A stretch of 64,000 bases of DNA from an uncultured Bacteriovoracaceae bacterium (GTDB lineage: Bacteria > Bdellovibrionota > UBA2394): the NCBI GenBank assembly GCA_964598565.1, contig CAZRCG010000006.1, positions 37,624 through 101,623 on the forward strand, read 5' to 3'. Numbering within the stretch: position 1 is the stretch's first letter; each line of letters begins with the position of its first letter. Below the pieces are notes generated by a model that saw only the letters and a list, made by a program, of their open reading frames with translations, made no database searches and was not told the origin of the DNA. The position numbers were made by a program, and so were the translations under genes. Of the stretch, positions 27,974 through 36,429 are shown piece by piece.

Positions 27974-28927
27974 GTGAACAAGGGACGCTTTATTCCACCC
28001 ATCGACTCTGAAGACAGCTCGGTCGACGAAGAATCACAATTCATGGAACGAACGATTGTTAGTCCCATTGAGTCGATTGATCCTATTGCTGCAGAAACGA
28101 CTCCCGCCCTACTTGTGATTTCGGGCCCGCAGATTGGTCGATCGTATCCCCTCGAAAAAGAAGAATTCATGGTCGGTCGAGGCGAACACTGCGATTTGAT
28201 GGTAGAAGATGATCTTGTTTCCAGACATCACTGCAAGCTTGTCATTACCAAAGAGAAAACGCTTTTAGTCGATTTGGCTAGTACCAATGGGACTCTCGTC
28301 AATGGCCGCAAAACCGATCGCTGCATCCTCAATGAGGGGGATCAAATTCAAGTAGGTTCCTCGTTTATATGTAAGTATCACCTACAAGAAGATGTTCAAC
28401 GAAAGTTTCTGGCAGAGCTATTCGACGCCGCCACGAAAGATTTTTTAACGGGAGCCTACAATAAGAGATTTTTTCTAGACCGCCTTCAGGGAGAATTCTC
28501 GTATATTCTGCGCAACGAAGGCCTCATGTCGATTATTGTATGCGATCTCGACCATTTCAAATTGGTCAACGATACCCACGGCCACTTAGCGGGCGATTTT
28601 GTCTTGAAGAAAGTGGCTCAGCATCTCACCCAGAACACGCGACGCCATGATATTGTGGCGCGATTTGGGGGTGAAGAATTTGTGATTTTCTTAAGAGATT
28701 GTGATCACAAACAAGCCTTCATTTTGGCCGAACATCTTCGACAGGGTATCGACAGGTTGAAACTCATGTTCAATAACAAATCAATTCCTATAACGATTTC
28801 GATGGGCATTGGAACCGTCGATAATGATACGAGGGCTCAGTTTAAGACAATCGAAAACCTTCTGGCCAAAGCGGATGAGAAGCTTTACGAAGCTAAAACT
28901 CAGGGCCGAAATCGAGTTTGTATTTAG
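27974..28927 (+). CDS. FHA-domain diguanylate cyclase (FHA-GGDEF)
   Basis: FHA core (GRSYPLEKEEFMVGRGEHCDLMVEDDLVSRHHCKL ... NGTLVNG) followed by GGDEF domain with intact GGEEF active-site motif. Confidence 0.88.
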   Translation: MNKGRFIPPIDSEDSSVDEESQFMERTIVSPIESIDPIAAETTPALLVISGPQIGRSYPLEKEEFMVGRGEHCDLMVEDDLVSRHHCKLVITKEKTLLVDLASTNGTLVNGRKTDRCILNEGDQIQVGSSFICKYHLQEDVQRKFLAELFDAATKDFLTGAYNKRFFLDRLQGEFSYILRNEGLMSIIVCDLDHFKLVNDTHGHLAGDFVLKKVAQHLTQNTRRHDIVARFGGEEFVIFLRDCDHKQAFILAEHLRQGIDRLKLMFNNKSIPITISMGIGTVDNDTRAQFKTIENLLAKADEKLYEAKTQGRNRVCI

Positions 28928-29475
28928 GGCCCATCAGACTGAATCCGCCGTTTCAATGAGTCGTTTGGCGTGATCAAATCTCCAGCACGAATCTTCCAAT
29001 GCTTGGCAAGACCACCGCGAATTTCAAGAACATGATGAACCGGATTCTTTGAGCGCTGTGGAGATTCCGTCAGAGGTTCTGCATTTTCAATGAGAGAATC
29101 GACAATCCAACGCGGCTTCTTTTGGGCATCTAATTCAACTCGAATAAAAATCATATCGAGAGAAATGAGAGTATTTTTCATCCAAAAACTTCGAAGCTCA
29201 GCTCTTTGCCCTATGAAAAGCATCCCTTCATGATCGGCCAATTTCTTTTCGTACATAAGACCGCGCTGCCATTCGTTCGGGCTAATCGCCAAACGCAAAT
29301 AGATAGTTTGACCTCGAATCGTCACCGAGGGCCTGTCGCCGAGAGGTTGAGCTACGAGCGGCTGACCGATGCAAGCTGCGAATGTCGCACACAAAAGAAT
29401 CTGCCCTAGAGCTCGTTTTGCCAATGCCCTAGCCCCAAAACAGTGTTTGGCAACAGTTTCATTAACGAACTTCAT
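28924..29475 (-). CDS. DUF192-family protein (secreted); start placed at internal ATG
   Basis: Signal peptide then GMLFIGQRAELRSFWMKNTLISLDMIF, matching the DUF192 (COG1430) core pattern. Confidence 0.65.
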   Translation of the reverse strand: MKFVNETVAKHCFGARALAKRALGQILLCATFAACIGQPLVAQPLGDRPSVTIRGQTIYLRLAISPNEWQRGLMYEKKLADHEGMLFIGQRAELRSFWMKNTLISLDMIFIRVELDAQKKPRWIVDSLIENAEPLTESPQRSKNPVHHVLEIRGGLAKHWKIRAGDLITPNDSLKRRIQSDGP

Positions 29476-30562
29476 GGAGAAACCGCTGCAAGAGCCCCAT
29501 CGGGACCAAACCCGAGAACCGCCTGCCATTTAAGAAAAAGGTGGGTGTGCTCTCTATATTAAGTTCTTGGCCCACACGCACGATCGACAATAGACGCTCT
29601 TGGGTCTCGGGCTCTTGCATACATCGATCAAGCGCCCCTCGGTCGATCCCAATTTCGGGGAACCACTCCCCCATTGAAACCAGCCGTTGTCCCTTCAAAA
29701 CTCTTTCGAAGATCGCGTCGTGCAAGGCCCATGATTTATCTTGCTGTTGAGCACAGAGAACCGCCTTTGACCACTCACAGGAATAAGGATGCACGGGACG
29801 AGGCAACTTTGAATTGCACGCAGAATCTAAGGGATACGGAAAAAAAACATAGGTAATATCGGGCTGACTCTTTATGAACGGAACAATGACTTGATTGGCT
29901 TTAGCACAGAAAGGGCAACCAAAATCCGAAAATTTTACGACGGTCAGTCGACTTTGATCACTGGCCTTATTCATTAACGGCGAAACCAAAGGCACGACTT
30001 CTTCATAAGCCAGCCATCGAGAGAACTCCTCTTCCGAAAATCGCTTCGACAAAATCGATCGCTCATGGGCTACAAAGGCGGCAAGACCCAAAACGACCAC
30101 AAAGACGGCCGTCACAGCGGCTCGCACAGAGATGATGCGAGAAAAGCCCTTCCAACCAATCACCGCCATCAACCCAATCAGCCCATAGGAGACATAACAC
30201 ACGACGCAACCTGCTTCGACGACAATAACTAAATACGCGCCCATAAAAATGGCCATGGCCATACCAAAGGCCAGCCAGCCGCGAAGATAGCGTGTACCCA
30301 AGAGGGCCAAAATCGCCGCTAGCAAAAACCAAAAGGCCCCAAAGACGCCAATCGGTATCGAAAAAATCGACCCCGCCGCTGAGAGACTGGCTCGATCGCA
30401 GTTCCAGTAGGCACTAATGGTACAGGCCGACGCACCAAGTCGATCGCCACTAAGAAGTGCAAAAAAATCATTCGCAGACCAAAGCAGCGCTGCGCATCCC
30501 GCCGCCGCCGCCAACAAAAAAATAATACGCCGCACCGATGACATGATATTCATCCTGCACAA
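29462..30562 (-). CDS. Vitamin K epoxide reductase (VKOR) domain fused to a DsbA-like thioredoxin domain
   Basis: N-terminal polytopic region with CxxC (CVVCY) followed by periplasmic thioredoxin-like domain with FGCPFC active site. Confidence 0.8.
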   Translation of the reverse strand: MCRMNIMSSVRRIIFLLAAAAGCAALLWSANDFFALLSGDRLGASACTISAYWNCDRASLSAAGSIFSIPIGVFGAFWFLLAAILALLGTRYLRGWLAFGMAMAIFMGAYLVIVVEAGCVVCYVSYGLIGLMAVIGWKGFSRIISVRAAVTAVFVVVLGLAAFVAHERSILSKRFSEEEFSRWLAYEEVVPLVSPLMNKASDQSRLTVVKFSDFGCPFCAKANQVIVPFIKSQPDITYVFFPYPLDSACNSKLPRPVHPYSCEWSKAVLCAQQQDKSWALHDAIFERVLKGQRLVSMGEWFPEIGIDRGALDRCMQEPETQERLLSIVRVGQELNIESTPTFFLNGRRFSGLVPMGLLQRFLHEVR

Positions 30563-30711
30563 AAGCCCCCCACACGTCCATCAGCGGTAATCTCAAATAC
30601 GCCATCAACAACGATGCTTCATCAACCCTCCCAATCTCCAGCGAATGACATTTAGATAACGATGGCCATTTCTTTTCTCAAAGTGTGATATTTCCGATAA
30701 AGTAAACTGAG

Positions 30712-31626
30712 ATGCAAAAAATAGGGCTCTTCTTTTCATCGCTGCTTCAAACCATGCAGAGGCATCAGTCGGCGCTGTGGCGCTGGGCCACCTTGGTGAC
30801 CGTTACTTATTTTCTTGCCAGAGCCATCAATACGGTGGTGGCCTACTACTATTTTCCGATCGAAGCTCCGCCGCGAAAAATTAGTACTGAACCCCTCACC
30901 GCCCCCAAAGAGACTAATACCCAGGTGATCACCTCTCGAAACCTCTTTGATTCTGAAGCTCCGGGCCGTCTTCGAAACGCCTTTACAAATGCCACCACAG
31001 CGATTGTACCGAGTCAGCTGCCTCTGGAACTTATTGGCACGGTCGTTTTTCAAAACTCTCGTTTCTCGGTCGCTCTGATTCGCGAGCGTAGCCAAAAAGG
31101 AGCCCAGTATTATGCTTTGGGTGAGCAAGTGCTGAGCGCTCGAATCCACAAAATTGAGCGGCATCGCGTTATATTAGAAAACGGCGCACGATTAGAAAGT
31201 CTTGAACTAAAAGCGGCCGAAAGCAAACTTTCTGCGTCTAAACCTCTATCGAGCCAACCCACGATAGGCATTTCGCCTGCCACAGATTTTGAAGAACTCA
31301 GCCCCAATCGTTATGTGATTCCTCAGAGCACCGTCGACGATGTGCTTGCTAATTTCAATTTAGTGCTCACGCAGGCACGAATGGTTCCAAATATTACACC
31401 TGAAGGCAAGACCGAGGGCTTCAAAGTCTTTCAAATTCGTGATGGGAGCATTTACCAAAAACTCCAAATGAAGGATAACGATATCATTCGTCGCGTCAAT
31501 GGCGTCGATCTCGATACATTTGAGAAAGCGACGGGTCTTTTTACCGCATTGCGCAATGAAAAATCTATTTCCATCGATTTAGTCCGCAATGGACAAAGGA
31601 TAAACTATACTTATGAAATTCGTTAA
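30712..31626 (+). CDS. Type II secretion system protein C-like (N-terminal TM, C-terminal PDZ)
   Basis: Single N-terminal TM segment, C-terminal PDZ-like region (DNDIIRRVNGVDL); overlaps the start of the secretin gene. Confidence 0.55.
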   Translation: MQKIGLFFSSLLQTMQRHQSALWRWATLVTVTYFLARAINTVVAYYYFPIEAPPRKISTEPLTAPKETNTQVITSRNLFDSEAPGRLRNAFTNATTAIVPSQLPLELIGTVVFQNSRFSVALIRERSQKGAQYYALGEQVLSARIHKIERHRVILENGARLESLELKAAESKLSASKPLSSQPTIGISPATDFEELSPNRYVIPQSTVDDVLANFNLVLTQARMVPNITPEGKTEGFKVFQIRDGSIYQKLQMKDNDIIRRVNGVDLDTFEKATGLFTALRNEKSISIDLVRNGQRINYTYEIR

Positions 31627-34267
31627 GGTTTTGGCGATCGTCGCCCTGCTTCCTCTTTCACTTGAAGCTCAAGATGATTTCATCGAAAACGAAGGGAGCG
31701 CCCCCGATATGGGAGGCCTTTTCGACGAAGAGCTCGAACCTCTCGAACCTCAACCAGCCCCCGCGGCACCAGAACGTCCAAGCCCACAAGCTCGCGCTGT
31801 TGAGTTTCCGGAAGCCAAAAAAGTAACGTCCAATTCTGGCAAAAGGGTTTCCGATCTTCCCGCCGGTGCGATTCCCAATAGCCATGAAAAACTGCGCATG
31901 GATTTTGTTCAGGTCGAAATGGAAGAGTTAGTGAAATATTTCGCCGAGCGTTTGAAGAAAAAATTCATTTATGATCCAGCAGGCCTTCAGGGAAAAATCA
32001 CAATTATTTCTCCAACCGAAGTCACGCTGCAAGAAGCTTGGGGCGCCTTTCTTTCGGCTCTCGAAGTTCGCGGTTACGTGGTCTATCCTGCCGGGGCCTA
32101 TTTAAAACTAGAGAAAGCCGCCAACGCGCGAAAATCGGCTGTTCCTGTCATGGACGGTGTCACTCCCAACGACGACAGTTATGTCACCCGCATCATCACG
32201 CTTAAATATCTTCAGGCGAACGATATTCAAACGGCGGTGCGCACCTTGTTGTCTCGCACAGGTGGCGATCTGATCGTTCATCCTCCCACCAATACACTCA
32301 TTGTGAGCGATTATGCGTTCAATATTCGTCGAGTTATTCGTATCTTGAATATCCTCGATGTCGAAGGATTCCAGGAGCAAATAGAGATCATCACTCTCAG
32401 AAATGCCTCCGCCCAAGATATCGCTAAGAAAGTAAGCGACTTTTTCCCATCGGGCTCGTCCGCGGCCCCCTCTGGTCCAGCGGCGCGTCGTCGACGGGGT
32501 GCTGAGTCGGACGGCGTGATTCAAAAGGTGGTTGCCGACGAACGAACAAATTCTCTTATTGTACTTGGTAGTGAACGGGGCATTGAGCAAGTACGGCGTT
32601 TTGTCACTCGTATTGATGTACCTACCGAAAGTGGCGGTGGGCGCATTCACGTGTATCCCGTTCAAAATGTGAAAGCGAAAGACATTGCGGCAACACTTTC
32701 GGCGCTCACAGCGGCCAAAGGCACGACCTCCCGCTTTCCTACCCCCATGCCAAATATGCCTCCGATGCCCGGGTCTGCTGAGCCTGATGTGGCAAATCTT
32801 GGAGACGTTAAAATTACCGCCGACGAAGCCACCAACTCGCTGGTCATTCAGAGTTCTCCTCGTGACTTCGAAATTCTTAAGTCCATTATTCGAAAATTAG
32901 ATATTCGACGACGTCAGGTATTTATCGAGGGTGCGATTTTAGAGGCGTCAGTTTCAAAGGGCTCCAGTTTCGGCATTCAGGCCGCAGGCCCTCTCGCTCA
33001 AACCTCGGCGTTACAACGTGGCACGGGCCCCAACTCAGGCATCGTGGGAACACTCAACGGTCTAGGCTTTGATTCACTTCTTACCGGAGCCATGCGAGAT
33101 CCCAAGATGCTAACAGGTATGGCTCTGGGTTTTAGGTCGGGCGGCAATTACGAAGTAAACTACCGCGATAGTACCGGTGCTTCTAAAACGATGGAGCTGC
33201 CGCTGCTGTCGGCAGTTCTTCAACTGGCGGCCGTTAATACCGGGGTAAATGTTTTATCGACGCCCCATATTCTGGCCACGGCAAACGAAGAGGCATCGAT
33301 CATCATCGGAAATGAAGTCCCTCAGCTCGCCGGAACCGAAACCACCACCGGAGGCAATGTCTCTCGCAATATTACACGAATGCGAGTAGCGACGGAGCTG
33401 AAGATCAAACCTCAAATCAATGCGGGTGATTATTTAACTTTAAAGATTGATCAAAAAATTGACGATGCGGGCGAAAAATTTCCGGATGGCAATATTTCAA
33501 CCGTAAAACGCGAAGTAAGCACGACAGTCATTATCAAAGATCAACAAACGGTCGTCATTGGCGGCCTCATGCGCGATCGAAAGCGAACCGTCGTATCGAA
33601 GGTGCCCTTCTTGGGGGATATTCCCATTTTAGGCTGGTTATTTAAAACAAGGTCGACCGATACAGAAAAAGTAAACCTCATATTGTTTTTAACCCCCTAT
33701 ATTATTCGCAATACGGGCGATATGAATGATCAGTTCTTTAGAAAACTTAAAGACCGAGAGGGTTTCTTAAAGGATATTGGAATCGGCGAAATGAAGGGGG
33801 TTCCTTCTTTGGGCTTAACCGATGTGCAAAAGAAACTACTCGACCCTGAGTATGTGAAGAGCCTCGATCAATCTCATGTTCCTGCTGAGGCAAAGACGCC
33901 AGTTTCAGACAGTGACAAAGATCCCTTGGATTCGCTTTTGAAGAACGAGTCCGAAGCAAACTCTAAGACGGCACCTGAGACAGCGGGCGAGGCGAATTCT
34001 TCGCTCGTACCCGCCACTTCCGATAGTTCAACTGCACCCGCTACGTCGCCCGAACCAGCGCATGAAAAGATCTTTGTGCCTCGCATGTCGACACCATCGT
34101 CAGGCTCAGTAAGCCCCGCGGAAAGTTTTCGGCCTTCTCCAGGTTCAGATGTTCTCGATGGCATGCCCCCTCCTCTCGGGCTGCCTCCTTCACCGCTCGA
34201 TTTACCACCGCCCGAAGGTGCTGAAGATTTTTTCATTGATACCCCTCCTCCGGGTGAGAACCCTTAA
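31613..34267 (+). CDS. gspD: Type II secretion system secretin GspD with long Pro/Ser-rich C-terminal tail
   Basis: N0-N3 domains and secretin core (VPFLGDIPILGWLFK); about 150 aa low-complexity C-terminal extension. Confidence 0.9.
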   Translation: MKFVKVLAIVALLPLSLEAQDDFIENEGSAPDMGGLFDEELEPLEPQPAPAAPERPSPQARAVEFPEAKKVTSNSGKRVSDLPAGAIPNSHEKLRMDFVQVEMEELVKYFAERLKKKFIYDPAGLQGKITIISPTEVTLQEAWGAFLSALEVRGYVVYPAGAYLKLEKAANARKSAVPVMDGVTPNDDSYVTRIITLKYLQANDIQTAVRTLLSRTGGDLIVHPPTNTLIVSDYAFNIRRVIRILNILDVEGFQEQIEIITLRNASAQDIAKKVSDFFPSGSSAAPSGPAARRRRGAESDGVIQKVVADERTNSLIVLGSERGIEQVRRFVTRIDVPTESGGGRIHVYPVQNVKAKDIAATLSALTAAKGTTSRFPTPMPNMPPMPGSAEPDVANLGDVKITADEATNSLVIQSSPRDFEILKSIIRKLDIRRRQVFIEGAILEASVSKGSSFGIQAAGPLAQTSALQRGTGPNSGIVGTLNGLGFDSLLTGAMRDPKMLTGMALGFRSGGNYEVNYRDSTGASKTMELPLLSAVLQLAAVNTGVNVLSTPHILATANEEASIIIGNEVPQLAGTETTTGGNVSRNITRMRVATELKIKPQINAGDYLTLKIDQKIDDAGEKFPDGNISTVKREVSTTVIIKDQQTVVIGGLMRDRKRTVVSKVPFLGDIPILGWLFKTRSTDTEKVNLILFLTPYIIRNTGDMNDQFFRKLKDREGFLKDIGIGEMKGVPSLGLTDVQKKLLDPEYVKSLDQSHVPAEAKTPVSDSDKDPLDSLLKNESEANSKTAPETAGEANSSLVPATSDSSTAPATSPEPAHEKIFVPRMSTPSSGSVSPAESFRPSPGSDVLDGMPPPLGLPPSPLDLPPPEGAEDFFIDTPPPGENP

Positions 34268-34311
34268 AGGAGAAGCCTTCGAGAAGAACTCTTCGAGGAG
34301 AATCGACCATT

Positions 34312-36201
34312 ATGTCTGAAGAAAAAACCGACGTTCTCCAACTGACCGAACCCATCTCTCCCACTCTTGAGACGACCGATCGTCAGACGTCGAATCCAAA
34401 AGAGCATCCCGGTGACAGAGATAGCAACTTGATTTCTCACCGTGAGCGATTGCGAGAAAGTTTAGCGGACCGCAGCATTCATATTGATTCAGCAGAAGAA
34501 CTCGATCTAGGCGAGCTACTCATTAAAGCCGAATTCATTAACGAAGACCAACTGGCTCAAGCCTTGCAGATTCAGCAAGAACGCGGCGGCTCCACTCGAC
34601 TCGGTGAAGTTCTCATGCAAATGAAGGCGATCACCGAAGCCCAACTTCTTGAGTTGCTAGCCAAACAACTGGGCATACCATTTGTACGATCCATTCACGA
34701 CCGAGATATTCCCGAAGAACTCATTAAGAAAGTTCCGACCCGTTTCGCAAAAAAATTTCAGATGCTTCCTATAGCCTACCGCCATAATGGAGTTTTGGTG
34801 GTCACCTCCGATCCGCTCAACGCGACTGCGCTTGATGATATTCGACTTCTTTTGGAGATGCCGGTGCAAGTAGCGGCCACCCCGAGCGCCGTGATTGTAG
34901 AAGCAATCAATCGATCGTACGATCGAGCCAGCACGACCGATACATCGATGGAAGACTTAGGCCAAGATGTTATTGATGACGGCGCACTTCAAGAGCCCGT
35001 CGATCTCTTAGATTCCGAAGATGAGGCCCCAATTATTCGGCTGGTCAATTCGATTCTGTTTAGAGCCGTCAAAGAGCGAGCCAGTGATATTCACGTCGAG
35101 CCCTACGAGCGAGAAGTATCGGTTCGGTTTCGAATCGACGGCAATCTCTACGATATTTTGAAAATTCCAAAGAGACTTCAAAACTCGGTAGGCTCGCGCA
35201 TCAAACTCTTGGGGGCTCTTAATATTGCGGAGAAGCGTTTACCTCAAGACGGTCGCATTCGAATCAAGATCGCCGGCAAGGACGTTGACCTGCGTCTATC
35301 GACCCTGCCGACAGCTCATGGCGAGCGCATCGTTATGCGTATTCTCGACAAATCGTCGATTGTTCTCGATTTGACGAATTTGGGATTTGAAGAGTCTATG
35401 CTTCGTGCGACCGAAGAACTTATCACGAAACCTTTTGGAATCATTTTGGTCACTGGCCCTACGGGCTCAGGAAAAACGACCACCTTGTATGCGGCCCTCT
35501 CAAAAATTAACAAAGAAGATATTAATATTATTACGGTAGAAGACCCCATTGAATACCAATTGCCCGGCATTGGACAAATTCAAGTTAATGAAAAGATCGG
35601 ACTCACCTTTGCGAATGGTCTTCGATCAATTTTACGTCAAGACCCCGATGTGGTGCTCATCGGAGAAATTCGAGATCGAGAAACCGCCGAGATTGCCGTC
35701 CAGGCCTCTCTCACAGGTCACTTGGTTTTATCTTCGATTCACACCAACGATGCCTGTTCATCGGTGACCCGTTTGGTCGATATGGGCGTAGAGCCCTTTC
35801 TTGTATCCACCTCGCTTATTGGTATTGTGGCTCAACGACTCGTGCGCCGTATTTGTTCCGCTTGCCGAATCCCCCATCAAGCGACGAGCGATCAATTGGC
35901 TCGTTTGGGCTTAGACAAAATTCCTTCGAAAGCCACCGTCTACAAAGCCGTGGGCTGCGACGAATGCTATCATACGGGCTACCGTGGTCGAGTGGGTATC
36001 TACGAACTTCTACCCATTGATGATGAACTGCGATCGGTCATTTTAAAGACCCCCGATGCAGTTCATTTACGAAAGTCGGCCATCGCCAAGGGCTTTAAAC
36101 CCATGCGCTACGATGGCCTCTTGAAGATTCTTCAGGGGGTGACCACTATTGAAGAGGTACTGGCCACCACTCAAGAAGACTCTCGTGTTGATTTTGGTTA
36201 A
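34312..36201 (+). CDS. gspE: Type II secretion system ATPase GspE
   Basis: Walker A GPTGSGKTTT, Asp and His boxes, C-terminal CxxC tetracysteine motif (CSAC ... CDEC). Confidence 0.9.
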   Translation: MSEEKTDVLQLTEPISPTLETTDRQTSNPKEHPGDRDSNLISHRERLRESLADRSIHIDSAEELDLGELLIKAEFINEDQLAQALQIQQERGGSTRLGEVLMQMKAITEAQLLELLAKQLGIPFVRSIHDRDIPEELIKKVPTRFAKKFQMLPIAYRHNGVLVVTSDPLNATALDDIRLLLEMPVQVAATPSAVIVEAINRSYDRASTTDTSMEDLGQDVIDDGALQEPVDLLDSEDEAPIIRLVNSILFRAVKERASDIHVEPYEREVSVRFRIDGNLYDILKIPKRLQNSVGSRIKLLGALNIAEKRLPQDGRIRIKIAGKDVDLRLSTLPTAHGERIVMRILDKSSIVLDLTNLGFEESMLRATEELITKPFGIILVTGPTGSGKTTTLYAALSKINKEDINIITVEDPIEYQLPGIGQIQVNEKIGLTFANGLRSILRQDPDVVLIGEIRDRETAEIAVQASLTGHLVLSSIHTNDACSSVTRLVDMGVEPFLVSTSLIGIVAQRLVRRICSACRIPHQATSDQLARLGLDKIPSKATVYKAVGCDECYHTGYRGRVGIYELLPIDDELRSVILKTPDAVHLRKSAIAKGFKPMRYDGLLKILQGVTTIEEVLATTQEDSRVDFG

Positions 36202-36429
36202 TTATTCGTACACTTGTTCAAAAGACTGATAAGAAAATACCATATCTCCTCTAACATCACCTGCTTCAGGTTTACACATGTCGACGGGGCATCTTTTTTT
36301 GCTCTCAGATCACCCGTCTCATTTTAATGCTGCCACTGATTCTTCTTGATCTGACAGATCACTCATGGTTCTAATCCTTTAGGGTTTTTAAGTTTTAGTG
36401 GCTTTCAGTATTGGTTTGGGGGTGACTTC

